Positions 19,101 through 23,869 of a DNA stretch of 24,301 nucleotides are shown here, piece after piece. Position numbers and translations under genes: made by a program. The notes under the pieces were generated by a model. That model did not search any database and was not told the origin of the DNA. It saw only the letters and a program-made list of their open reading frames with translations. Source of the stretch: a virus (taxonomy: Duplodnaviria; Caudoviricetes); the IMG/VR virus record IMGVR_UViG_3300020472_000162, positions 1 through 24,301 of that record, one strand, 5' to 3'. Numbering within the stretch: the first letter of the stretch is position 1; each line of letters opens with the position of its first letter.

Positions 19101-20807
19101 ACCTTCAGATGAAGTAAAGTCAACAGTTAAATTAGATCCAGTACCACCTGTAGTAGCAACATTAGTAAAATCTCCAGTTCCATAATTTGTTCCACCATTT
19201 ATTAAATTTAGTGGTTCAATAGGTATACCTTGATTAAAAGAATATGTAAAATTAGATAATCCAATTTCAAATGCACCATTTTCAAGTTCTTGATTAACAT
19301 ATGGTAAATCACTAATAGGTGTTGGATATACAACTTCTTTACTTCCATCATCAACAATTTCTATATCATCACCATATTTTAAACTAGATCTATCTATAGG
19401 ACTAAAAACTGTTGCAGATGTAGCTTGATTTGGATCATATTTTAGATTATATGAAGAACTACTATTATAAATCCATGAATTTGCAAATATTTCTTTAAAA
19501 GTAGGATTATTTTCTGGGTTATTAACTTTATCACCAACATTTTTTACACCAATAATCTGACCTTCATCAACAATTAATGGATTATTTTGTATAAATTCTG
19601 ATAAAACACCAGTAAATCTTAATCTTACTTCTTTAGTAATATCACCATCTTCATATCCATAATAGTAATCATCAGATCTAATATCATCTGTTGGTTCTAA
19701 AGGAAAATCAATATTACTTACACCCAAAAATTGGTTTACTGTTTTACTTGTGTATTGAATCTTTTTATTTTCTCCACTTATTAAAGTTCCTGAAGTACTA
19801 AATCCAATTGTAGAATCTACAGTAATAATTGAAGAATTTGTAGGTACATTTCCAATTACTCTTGAATTTGGAATTATATCAAATGTGTTTGCAATTTCAT
19901 CAGATCCACTATTATCAATAAATAATCCAAATTTATAATATGTTCCTATACCAGTTCTAACAAAAGGTTCAACTTCTGATATAGAAATGTTAATATCAGT
20001 ATTATTAAGTTTGTTTTTAAAAATTGATTGCCCTTTTAATTTTGTAGGATTTCCTTGAATTGGTTCTGCAATAGCAATTCTTCTTCTAGTATAATTTGAT
20101 GATGATGGTTTAATCAATCTCTCCTCAAGATTGATTATATCTGGTGTTTCATTGTAAAGAACATTAAATAATATCCTAAATGATTCGTCAGTTCCTTTTG
20201 TATCATATAAAGATTTTGCTTCTCTTATAAAATTACCAGCATTTAAGTCTGAAGTGAAAGTAGAATTTTCTAATCCTGGAGTAAATGTTTTTTTAGTTTT
20301 TTTATAAAATTCTTTAAGAAATAAAGAACTTAAATTTTGAATACTTGAATCTTTATCATGACTTGCAGCATCTGAAGTAGAAAATATTAATTCTTCATCA
20401 TTTAAAGACTGGTGATAGCTAGTAATACCACTAAAACCACGTTCACATCCAGTAAATGTAGTGGATGTTTTTTCTGTATATGTAATAATTTCATTATCAA
20501 TCTTCAATAATCCATAACTATTCGGAAATCCTTTTGTATCCGATACTGTTATTGTTGTATCTGTACTACTAATCTCTTCTGATAGTATTGTTGAATCAAC
20601 TATTACATCTGGAGTTAAGTTATCTAATTTTAGATATTGATCCAAATTATCAGAAAGGTCAATAGGACCACCCTGATATTCTTGTGAAATATAATATTGT
20701 TTAAGAAAATCAGACGTAAGAGGACTCTCATCCAAAATATAATTTGGAAGTTGATTCGATATAATATCTTGAATCTTTACTCTACTTTCAAATCCTGTTT
20801 GTATCAT
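7101..20807 (-). CDS. gp7: Giant baseplate wedge initiator, cyanophage gp7-like (4568 aa, multi-repeat)
   Basis: It lies between gp6 and gp8. The N-terminus (RVKIQDIISNQLPNYI...FLKQYYISQEYQGGPIDL...LYDTKGTDESFRILFNVLY) and internal DNDYYQNLSYSVKS...LHTSGLKNFADTGI are typical of cyanophage gp7. It has many GSGY-type and NHG-x-x-x-G-D-type repeats. Confidence 0.9.
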   Translation of the reverse strand: MIQTGFESRVKIQDIISNQLPNYILDESPLTSDFLKQYYISQEYQGGPIDLSDNLDQYLKLDNLTPDVIVDSTILSEEISSTDTTITVSDTKGFPNSYGLLKIDNEIITYTEKTSTTFTGCERGFSGITSYHQSLNDEELIFSTSDAASHDKDSSIQNLSSLFLKEFYKKTKKTFTPGLENSTFTSDLNAGNFIREAKSLYDTKGTDESFRILFNVLYNETPDIINLEERLIKPSSSNYTRRRIAIAEPIQGNPTKLKGQSIFKNKLNNTDINISISEVEPFVRTGIGTYYKFGLFIDNSGSDEIANTFDIIPNSRVIGNVPTNSSIITVDSTIGFSTSGTLISGENKKIQYTSKTVNQFLGVSNIDFPLEPTDDIRSDDYYYGYEDGDITKEVRLRFTGVLSEFIQNNPLIVDEGQIIGVKNVGDKVNNPENNPTFKEIFANSWIYNSSSSYNLKYDPNQATSATVFSPIDRSSLKYGDDIEIVDDGSKEVVYPTPISDLPYVNQELENGAFEIGLSNFTYSFNQGIPIEPLNLINGGTNYGTGDFTNVATTGGTGSNLTVDFTSSEGVITELIINTAGKGYTVGDTITVTGGDSNATFEITFLSQDDNVSLRRKLKTANSSNVPIQFGNDNVTSDIQNVYLEDDVAYVASNSLPSYSSQGTFPYNEQITVNIRSSTLNLSITPDGLKDSVDISDASYSTIAFNDIHDFQTGDKVYYEPSESSLVGLSTGIYYVKKINDNQIKIYGSTSGILGDKYISLIAPLSNDGDHKFTLYSQKSGIIGPQKLLKKFPLKPNIKNGTSVETNVGGIGMLVNGVEINNYKSNDKIHYGPISSISILNTGENYDVINPPNLTLSSPGNGGTTTLIQPVLTGKIDKILLGEQQNFDIESVVSIGITGGNGGGYALQPVFKTRYRDIEFNSDPTAGINSSPSDPGSCQITFLSNHGLSTGQSVVYESIGNPEVGVGIGNSTLVNFSTYYVERINQNTIRLYGSLDDSLGRSLNGVGSVGINTIHLNGSGSGIQKFVVNTKNTLSSINVLDGGNYTNRNLLVKPSGISTSNNSIVFKNHGFNSGELIQYSAVDGISNKIGGLSFDDQYYVLKDNDNSFRLCNAGVGGTYSQNYISKNIVILNSTGVGYQQFKYPDIKGYLQIINSAGGQSNIEEIPITPIVKGSINDVIVYESGSGYGSTILNNIENPIVTIKTGKDAELKPFIFNGKITDVTVDYGGEDYYSLPDLEVIDPTGSGSGAELIPIITNLKITGVEISNTGIGYSSSSSILVKSSGNNVKFKPEIRSLTVNNQKRFEGDNKHYQLIDTQNNLKYTAYAYNPDTFGDSTSVGSVSKLIGWAYDGNPIYGGYGLANPNESPSNTSIVKRMESGYTLDTTKVIDRPSGFVNGYFVDDYTYDNSGDLDEYNGRFEKTVDFPNGTYVYHATIDELDNPNPVFPYFIGNKYRSLPIEDNINIGNLDQLSFDFNTKGALRNTLPYKVSDINADNDFIAESSEVDIQEIEIESISSGSIVEFDLISRGSNYKVNENLIFDNSGTEGNGLVARVGTIEGNDLQSINTDIETYSNSILEWNDTKLTVKVSPHHTFNSDDYITISGISSDLSDINGSYKIGITSFISNTISTTAASPSAGFTTEIYVARIPESVSIGSSIQIGSEKMKILNIFENLNVLRIKRDDSLWATEYPANSKVEFLTNSFEINKKVPYFESIDTDRIYFNPFKSVGVGINDGTIHSVAFNFAGNDIVRNIPVKQLYIENHPFHTNQKVNLTVPSGYGNANNNGNISISTTKTGTVFDLPISNLYIVNKGGNTIGIKTGIGTDANGTPYSEVYFRNIHSINDDNYLLESADNKQVLCKSARIKSIVSISTYHNLTNNDNISLEVRPRISSGIGSDTNVELKRDILTGSLLINPITFSSGNVDVDNNTITLGDKGTNLKTGDKILYSGDATGLSDGHYYYVYKIDRKKIKLCQTYYDVNKKIPNVIDITGTGSTGQTISVVNPQIIATRNTSLVFDHTDSSLSGYEFNIYYDQDFKNKFVGTGNSSLFNVSTNSNVTTIDYGNSLSRLYYNLEKSGFISTSDTDVINNSEILYVDSLYKGDYKITGVGDTDFAIYLNKIPERDSYNFTQCDLIKYTTDSKSASGPIDKIDIISSGSGYKKIPTFVGVVSTSIGQDAIIIPRSRDIGNVSKIRIINQGFEYSSDKTLNPTAYISPLIELKNSNTIGIITVTSGGSNYLSAPDVIVVDTVSKKIVNSGFLEAEMIDNAILDVNIIEKPYGLPDTTVALKTKNNTNGITIYEVNSSYPASDTEYSLTLVTPTLGFTEPPFKVGDKVFIEGIEKSSVDGDGFNSENFGYEFLTIASIIGGSGPNPNPNPFRFTVNALGLTEKVGVAVTTPTGFTAVVPESDYPILTATQIREGFAIGEFITVNSISSEIKITSSEDASIKVSGIGVDDLSVDDVIVGKTSGNKAIISKITENYGKYNIDFSSIQDIGWKDSIGKLNDDSQVIPDNDYYQNLSYSVKSSITWDQLQTPVNNVLHTSGLKNFADTGITSTANVGIGFSIGTTIIRDIIEEKRVDEIQGVDLVRDTEVTGDVARLIEFKNIRLSDYIACLTNDVFTFDNINEQFSNLEDTETYYVKLMDIPADGRYQNIIVRIESNINTGIATQIQLSELVVMNSYPYSDNDQNVLLEKYQVFNSDSDGFVSLEEDNLGVFKLVKDNITAVNSLIFYPKEKFNVDYDLKILHGEFTNVVSTAATVKVGPIDNSVFVQEVTSGSTNDILSVNINDIGSINSFFVNAQIVDKSTGKLNFVEAYVTHNHQDSFISESYIDSEPSILSSNKIGILTSSLDSEILKLSYENDTSSDVVVRTKVVGFGTTGFITSEGHTGVGTYRFKDPSEPDGYERSVIYQGISTSGVGKTTIVELSSSLFNSVKSIVEVSIGSSKAVHEVLSLHDDIDVYVQPAQFLADNSNNLGLGTFGGEYDGNNFVVSFYPDDLVGVTTVSIYNECFYKSIDRFNISDSLSYGSGYIENLDFKMYNAINGFRISKKDFELTKNSIPVFAKKVNPGNSSSVVLDTGTFKVDNHFFRTNQALSYEPKSTIIGIGSTPMQYMSPENVEDTLPSIVYAIKNNDDTFQISTTRSGTAVTFTGIGEGNAHTFSMLNPNEKSIISIDDIVQYPITPTSISHTLRYNDGGQIGLANSTFALSGISTILVGDIIKIDDEYMKVINVGVGTTGAGPITPGIGTFPCVGVQRGSVGTIPSTHTNETTVNRFKGSFNIVDSTLWFSDPPRGNPTLSLLRNGLKFPTSEFNGRAFLRDDYATNEIYDDISDQFNGLTTSFTLTVGGANTIGIGTSGGNGVLFINGIFQTPTTDNNPANNFRIIETGSGATGVTSVIFSGITSTDGTLIQSQVDINRNELPRGGIPVSFGSTTGSGYAPLVGANVRPILDASGSITSIVGVATTGAALGVHTAVYDNISGILTVTTIVDHQLIDGGNVDEVKLSRLGFQCPSGHEGITTTYFPSGVYGDTFSVIGVEDTNKFSVNVGTSTISHTYVGAGDSSGTVFPWYGDLTLGSGYNDLVDISVTVKDTSYEHIFVSAANNAITKTTWNGTGINPTNAVYDSLSGIVTFTATSHGLITGDLVGIATGSIGFTCSRDNHASEHKYPRGPYTHIYNGGTVTNAFDGAMDVHDAVYNASTGDLTVTLDSVGGYSINDTVLPITANSLSFTCSKDGHTTSHTYPRPGDPAYETNLTVTAVGNGGLDVTVNVGASNTKEDPVTGILTTVTKLDNNIFSVFVGSAVGEDANITATPKTVNTHVFDSVNSTLNNCIYINDWTGGDGLKSIAANNGASYDPSTGDLILDIGTTNMPSITTTPPDKVGIVTGAIAFRCNQDDYNSVHKYPRTTDPVNGTFIDITNVNTTTGKITVNVGKSNVNCGGALDFTVVGGGKSYTNPKIFVTEPSYSGLGVTGVSRLGEGATTDTGVGLLVDVEVGAAQTSGIGSGFYEISNFDVVRSGYSFKRGDVFTPIGLVTDRRLYEPLEQASIEVDTIYTDDFTMWQFGEFDFIDSIKNYQDGVRTRFPLFYNGSRISIDADPDFDSDLANVMFVVINGVIQQPKNSYDFIGGASINFTMPLDTEDNVAIFFYKGTDSADSVVSTGTTVYIELGDTVEISGIGTIPEQDDRIVKSLNTSTSLETNLYSSVGINDDTYRPISLIKQKQDRIIDREFISKKRISLEPLILPTAKVINDVTTSDTTFFVDNAHLFDYEATPSAPQPQFSAIIVSNEGNQSIPTATATINTTETTVTSISVTGGSGYTSVPSVSISAPPEIGVGIGTTATATATISNGTVDTITVTEVGLGYTKPPIVLIEPPNYTEEILSCPTGSGINVKSTSGIITGIGTTTISSISGSPLGIKFFAMSFNASEFEPIDNNYIGKPIYVYDTAVGTGLTSMDNTNTNTVGIGTTFVDNIYQVAEITFEGSQPNVLGIITCIIKSDTDTVGIASTGETNKHPVGYYSVGEISGFDRSSSPISIDVNGLTVDVGLTTFPTLQRRGGPGDDTWKQTGGLITPQ
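9018..10406 (-). repeat. Four ~100-aa Cys/His protein repeats in gp7 (A-x-Y-D-x-x-T-G-x-L ... F-x-C-x-x-D-x-H-x-S-x-H-x-Y-P-R-x-x-D-P ... V-N-V-G-x-S)
   Basis: Visible in the translation: FQCPSGH (divergent copy), FTCSRDNHASEHKYPR, FTCSKDGHTTSHTYPRPGDP and FRCNQDDYNSVHKYPRTTDP. Each is preceded by AVYDNISG, AVYDSLSG, AVYNASTG or ASYDPSTG. Confidence 0.85.
11796..12869 (-). repeat. Three tandem degenerate beta-rich modules in gp7 (E-x-x-x-x-H ... L/I-G-x-F/L ... F-Y-P)
   Basis: SELVVMN...LGVFKL...LIFYP, VEAYVTH...IGILTS...LSYEN and HEVLSLH...LGTFGG...VSFYP. Similarity was judged by eye and is weak. Confidence 0.5.
14895..18710 (-). repeat. Dispersed H-G/D-F-x-T-G-D-x-V-x-Y ... G-L ... Y-Y-V-x-K-I-N/D-x-N-x-I-x-L modules in gp7
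   Basis: Copies include HDFQTGDKVYY...YYVKKINDNQIKI, NHGLSTGQSVVY...YYVERINQNTIRL, NHGFNSGELIQY...YYVLKDNDNSFRL, NHPFHTNQKV...LYIVNKGGNTIGI and NLKTGDKILY...YYVYKIDRKKIKL. A further copy lies near 11400-11580 (NHFFRTNQALSY...YAIKNNDDTFQI). Boundaries are approximate. Confidence 0.75.
16452..16787 (-). other. YHYH-family-like domain (C-terminal half) embedded in gp7
   Basis: SKLIGWAYDGNPIYGGYG...GDLDEYNGRF...FPNGTYVYHAT...FPYFIG matches the pattern I recall for YHYH-family proteins (IG-x-A-x-DG-x-PIYGPYG; LD-x-x-NG; Y-x-Y-x-x-T; FPY). Confidence 0.7.
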
Positions 20808-20808
20808 A

Positions 20809-22710
20809 CTACTCTCTTGTTATTTTCCCGTTAGAATAACTTGATGTATAGAAATCTTTGGTGAATTTAACCCCAGAAATCTCATCTCCAGATGCAATAA
20901 CATCTCTTACCATATTTATTGTACTTTCTGAGATGCTAAATGAGACATATAAATCCTTCAATCCAACAACATCATTAGATTCTGGGAATGCCTGTATTTC
21001 TATAATATCATTTGGTTTAATTGTTGAAGTTATTTTAGTCGTAGTTAAAATAACTTCACCTTTAATATAATCAACTATACCTGCATTACCAACGATAACT
21101 CTAGATTCAGTATCATTAATTGGTTTTATAATTGCTAGTGCTCCAGTTTTACGATCTGCTTTAGGTACATCAGTCAAATATACTGTGGATTGTTCTCCAG
21201 GAATCTTAAATCCAGTTGATTTGAGATTAAATCCTTTAGGATCTACATGGAATTGATTACCAAAACACAATTCATACTGTGCAAATTGGTTAATAGCTAC
21301 CTTTAAATCCCTTCTAATCCTTACTTTAGTGATATTGGACGTTATTGCTTGGTCAGTATCATCAATTGTTTGTAATACCTTACTGTATTTAAATCTACCA
21401 CCAAATTTATTTAAATTAACAGACTTTGAATAGTTTGTTAATGTATTGACAACACTTGATTTTAATGTAGATGGATTAGATATAAAGGCATCATTGTAAT
21501 AAACACTAGAATCAATCTCCACATATAGTATTTTAAGGTCTACAATAGACTGATTAATACCAGATACTGAATATTGCTTCAATTGTGATAGTATATTCGA
21601 CTTAGAAAAATCTGAAACATAACTACCATTAGTTGGTTTAATGCTTATTCTTACCGTTCCAAACTCTGGTGGATCTAATTCTTCACCACCAACAACAGAA
21701 ACAGACTCTGTATTTGGATATATCCTCTTAATAATAGCTTCATAGTCCCTAGCAGTCACTGCACGATTTTGTGCAGAGTAAAGTAGTGGTGAATAGTACT
21801 TAATTGAGTCAATACTCTCAATTGAAGACCCATTTTGCGAACCTTGCTTCTTAGTTATACTGATTTTTGTTATATTTTGTGATTGATTATTCTGATTATT
21901 AACTATTCCAGCATATGTGAAGATTTGTGCACCATTACCATCCTCTCCATCTGTAGTCATATAGTGAACAGTGATGTATTTACCATCAGAACCATCATAA
22001 GTTCCTAATTTTTTACCAAATATACCATCACCAAACCTCAATTCATACTTTTCATCCTGTATTTCACGTACAAAATAGATTTTAGAGTCAGAATTAATAG
22101 TAATAATATTGTTTACTGCCGAATATTCAAGTCCGAGTTCTGCTGGATCTGAACTAATATACACTCTTATCTTAGATGTATCAATATTTGGGTTGTCTAA
22201 GATAAATCTTTGGTCTAATGACCCATCATATTCAAATTTTTTCTTTAAAAATGTCCCCTGATAGATGTTTAATCCTTCAAATTTCGCAATTTTATCAACA
22301 ACTGGTGTAGATATCTTATCCACAACAGAAAATAAGTAAGAAGTGTCAGATATATTTCCTGTACAGACTAATCCTGGTTGTAAAGTTAATGTTGCAGAGT
22401 TATCTGGTATTGTTATCTCTAAGTCCACCTGTGCCACCGCAGCAGTCCTAGAACGGGGTGTATACCCAATGTTGCTAGAAAGAGACACAACGTTCTCTCT
22501 AACCGTTGCAGAGTCCAAAAACGACTCATTGGCGATCAAATTAGAGTTAAATGCTGTGATATAGGTATTATATGCAAGTGTATCGATTAAAACAGAGAAA
22601 TTAGACCCATCAAAGTCAAAATCAGTAAAGTTTGAGTTTGATCTAAGATAATCCTTAATGGATGCTTTTATTTGATCGAAATCTAAGTTTGAAAATTTAG
22701 TAAGAGACAT
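20809..22710 (-). CDS. gp6: Baseplate wedge subunit, T4 gp6-like
   Basis: 633 aa. Motifs LDFDQIKASIKDYLRS...FTDFDFDGSNFSVLIDTLAYNTY...NESFLDSATVRENVVSL, FGDGIFGKKL, AQNRAVTARDY and GGEELDPPEFG are hallmark gp6/baseplate-J features. Confidence 0.96.
   Translation of the reverse strand: MSLTKFSNLDFDQIKASIKDYLRSNSNFTDFDFDGSNFSVLIDTLAYNTYITAFNSNLIANESFLDSATVRENVVSLSSNIGYTPRSRTAAVAQVDLEITIPDNSATLTLQPGLVCTGNISDTSYLFSVVDKISTPVVDKIAKFEGLNIYQGTFLKKKFEYDGSLDQRFILDNPNIDTSKIRVYISSDPAELGLEYSAVNNIITINSDSKIYFVREIQDEKYELRFGDGIFGKKLGTYDGSDGKYITVHYMTTDGEDGNGAQIFTYAGIVNNQNNQSQNITKISITKKQGSQNGSSIESIDSIKYYSPLLYSAQNRAVTARDYEAIIKRIYPNTESVSVVGGEELDPPEFGTVRISIKPTNGSYVSDFSKSNILSQLKQYSVSGINQSIVDLKILYVEIDSSVYYNDAFISNPSTLKSSVVNTLTNYSKSVNLNKFGGRFKYSKVLQTIDDTDQAITSNITKVRIRRDLKVAINQFAQYELCFGNQFHVDPKGFNLKSTGFKIPGEQSTVYLTDVPKADRKTGALAIIKPINDTESRVIVGNAGIVDYIKGEVILTTTKITSTIKPNDIIEIQAFPESNDVVGLKDLYVSFSISESTINMVRDVIASGDEISGVKFTKDFYTSSYSNGKITRE
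20913..20920 (-). promoter_or_regulatory. Candidate internal late promoter AATAAATA inside gp6, serving gp7
   Basis: NATAAATA match ending 105 nt before the gp7 ATG. The gp6-gp7 gap is only 1 nt, so any gp7-specific promoter must lie inside gp6. Confidence 0.45.
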
Positions 22711-22714
22711 GTGA

Positions 22715-23116
22715 TTATCTTGTTGCTTCTAATATGAATGAATACTCCTGTGAAGGAAATTCTTGACCAATAATATCAAATCTAACTGTACACTCGAATG
22801 AATTATCATTAGGTTGTGGATTTACTTCAATATCTACATTATTTACTCTTGGTTCAAAATTACTAATGGATGTCTTAATTTGATCCTGTATAATAGATGC
22901 AGTACCAAAATCAACAAAGTCAAATAAACTTTTATATACGTCAGACCCAAAATCAGAATTAAAAAACTTCTCAGTAGGAATTGTTTCTACAATATTCCTT
23001 ACCGATCTACGAATCGCACTCTCATTTTTTAATATGGGAAGATCTCCTGTCACTGGATGTGGCACAAAAGACAAACTAATGTCTTTAAATGATCTTGATA
23101 TCCTTGTAATTGACAT
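22715..23116 (-). CDS. gp25: Baseplate wedge subunit / sheath initiator, T4 gp25-like
   Basis: RSFKDISLSFVPHPVTGDL..LKNESAIRRSVRNIVET...EKFFNSDFGS...NFEPRV is the GPW/gp25 pattern. The start is moved from the track's TTG (23122) to the ATG at 23116, which has the same 17-nt promoter spacing as two other genes. 133 aa. Confidence 0.95.
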   Translation of the reverse strand: MSITRISRSFKDISLSFVPHPVTGDLPILKNESAIRRSVRNIVETIPTEKFFNSDFGSDVYKSLFDFVDFGTASIIQDQIKTSISNFEPRVNNVDIEVNPQPNDNSFECTVRFDIIGQEFPSQEYSFILEATR

Positions 23117-23133
23117 ATACAAAGTTTTTTATT

Positions 23134-23141
23134 TATTTATA
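23134..23141 (-). promoter_or_regulatory. T4-type late promoter TATAAATA for gp25-gp6-gp7
   Basis: Exact T4 late consensus in an intergenic gap, 17 nt before the gp25 ATG. Confidence 0.85.
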
Positions 23142-23171
23142 TCTTTATTCCAAAACTATATTATATATTAA

Positions 23172-23702
23172 CTAGGCATCACCAATAGCAAGAATTGCTG
23201 CTTTAAATGCTTCAAAGTCACCAGATGCATTTAAAGCATCCTTTAACTTAGAAAGTGGGATAAGATAACTTGGTGGTTGAGCAGCTCCACCTGCGTTATG
23301 TTGTGCTACTTTAAGGAAGTCTCCTTGGAAGTACATAGTATTATCAGATAAGAATAAGTGTCTTACCTTATACTCTGCATTACCTATATCATAAGCAGCA
23401 TTAGCATATGGAATGATATGACCACCACTAGTAATCTTCCAACGATCAGTGCCTTCTGTCTCAAATTTAATTATACCATTATTACCTGTATCAATAGTTT
23501 CAACAGAAGTATTACCTTCTTCTATTTTATCTAAAGTAGTAGAACCACCACCCCCAATTCCTACACCACCTGGGGTGCTTCCATCAGAAATTCTAAGAGT
23601 GGTGGTTGTTGGATCATAAAATAAATCACCTTCATTTCCTACAAAGGTGCTTGCATTTTGTCCTCCCAATTTTTCTGGAAAGGGTCTATAGACAGAAGAC
23701 AT
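23172..23702 (-). CDS. Small fibre-like / structural hypothetical protein (176 aa)
   Basis: The N-terminal EGDLFYDPTTTTLRISDGSTPGG resembles Mtd-N/hyaluronidase-type fibre attachment motifs. A Gly linker follows, then ITSGGHIIPYANAAYDIGNAEYKVRHLFLS, a recurring phage fibre motif, and a helical C-terminus LKDALNASGDFEAFKAAILA. It has its own late promoter. Confidence 0.7.
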   Translation of the reverse strand: MSSVYRPFPEKLGGQNASTFVGNEGDLFYDPTTTTLRISDGSTPGGVGIGGGGSTTLDKIEEGNTSVETIDTGNNGIIKFETEGTDRWKITSGGHIIPYANAAYDIGNAEYKVRHLFLSDNTMYFQGDFLKVAQHNAGGAAQPPSYLIPLSKLKDALNASGDFEAFKAAILAIGDA

Positions 23703-23719
23703 GGTAATAGTTTTTTATC

Positions 23720-23727
23720 TATTTATC
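23720..23727 (-). promoter_or_regulatory. Late promoter GATAAATA overlapping the stop codon of the 48-aa ORF
   Basis: NATAAATA consensus 17 nt before the ATG at 23702, with the same downstream AAAAAACT element as the gp8 and gp25 promoters. Confidence 0.75.
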
Positions 23728-23869
23728 TTCCTTGTCCTCTATATCTTTTGCGAGCCGAGTTACGGGACGTTGCCGAGTATTTCGAGTGTTTGCCCATTCC
23801 TTGTCGAGACTTCTTCGGTGTTGCCTCAATTGTATCAGCACCTGATAATCCTGTCTTTGCTTTTGCCAT
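23723..23869 (-). CDS. Small highly basic protein (48 aa), cyanophage hypothetical
   Basis: Read directly from the sequence: MAKAKTGLSGADTIEATPKKSRQGMGKHSKYSATSRNSARKRYRGQGR*. It has a strong SD (GGAGG, 23874-23878) and a TAATG overlap with the upstream ORF. I recall similar KRYRGQGR-ending proteins upstream of gp25 in cyanomyoviruses. Confidence 0.85.
   Translation of the reverse strand: MAKAKTGLSGADTIEATPKKSRQGMGKHSKYSATSRNSARKRYRGQGR

Noticed and set aside
1545-22564. Short plus-strand ORFs from the track (1545-1751, 3287-3601, 4195-4383, 4235-4417, 7033-7272, 7762-7953, 9370-9597, 10615-10821, 15286-15480, 16921-17118, 18706-18894, 20858-21070, 22343-22564)
   Set aside because: All are antisense to well-supported structural genes, many have non-ATG starts, and most have the Pro/Val/Ile-rich composition expected from the reverse complement of Gly/Thr/Asn codons.
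22715-23116. 'Lysozyme' label often given to gp25
   Set aside because: gp25 is a structural sheath-initiation protein, and no catalytic motif is evident.
23117-23122. TTG start for gp25 given by the track
   Set aside because: The ATG at 23116 matches the 17-nt promoter-to-start spacing of the two other promoter-led genes.
23723-23869. Locally higher GC (about 50% in 23761-23820) as a sign of horizontal transfer or an RNA gene
   Set aside because: It is explained by the Arg/Gly/Ala/Ser codons of the basic ORF, and no tRNA-like fold was seen.
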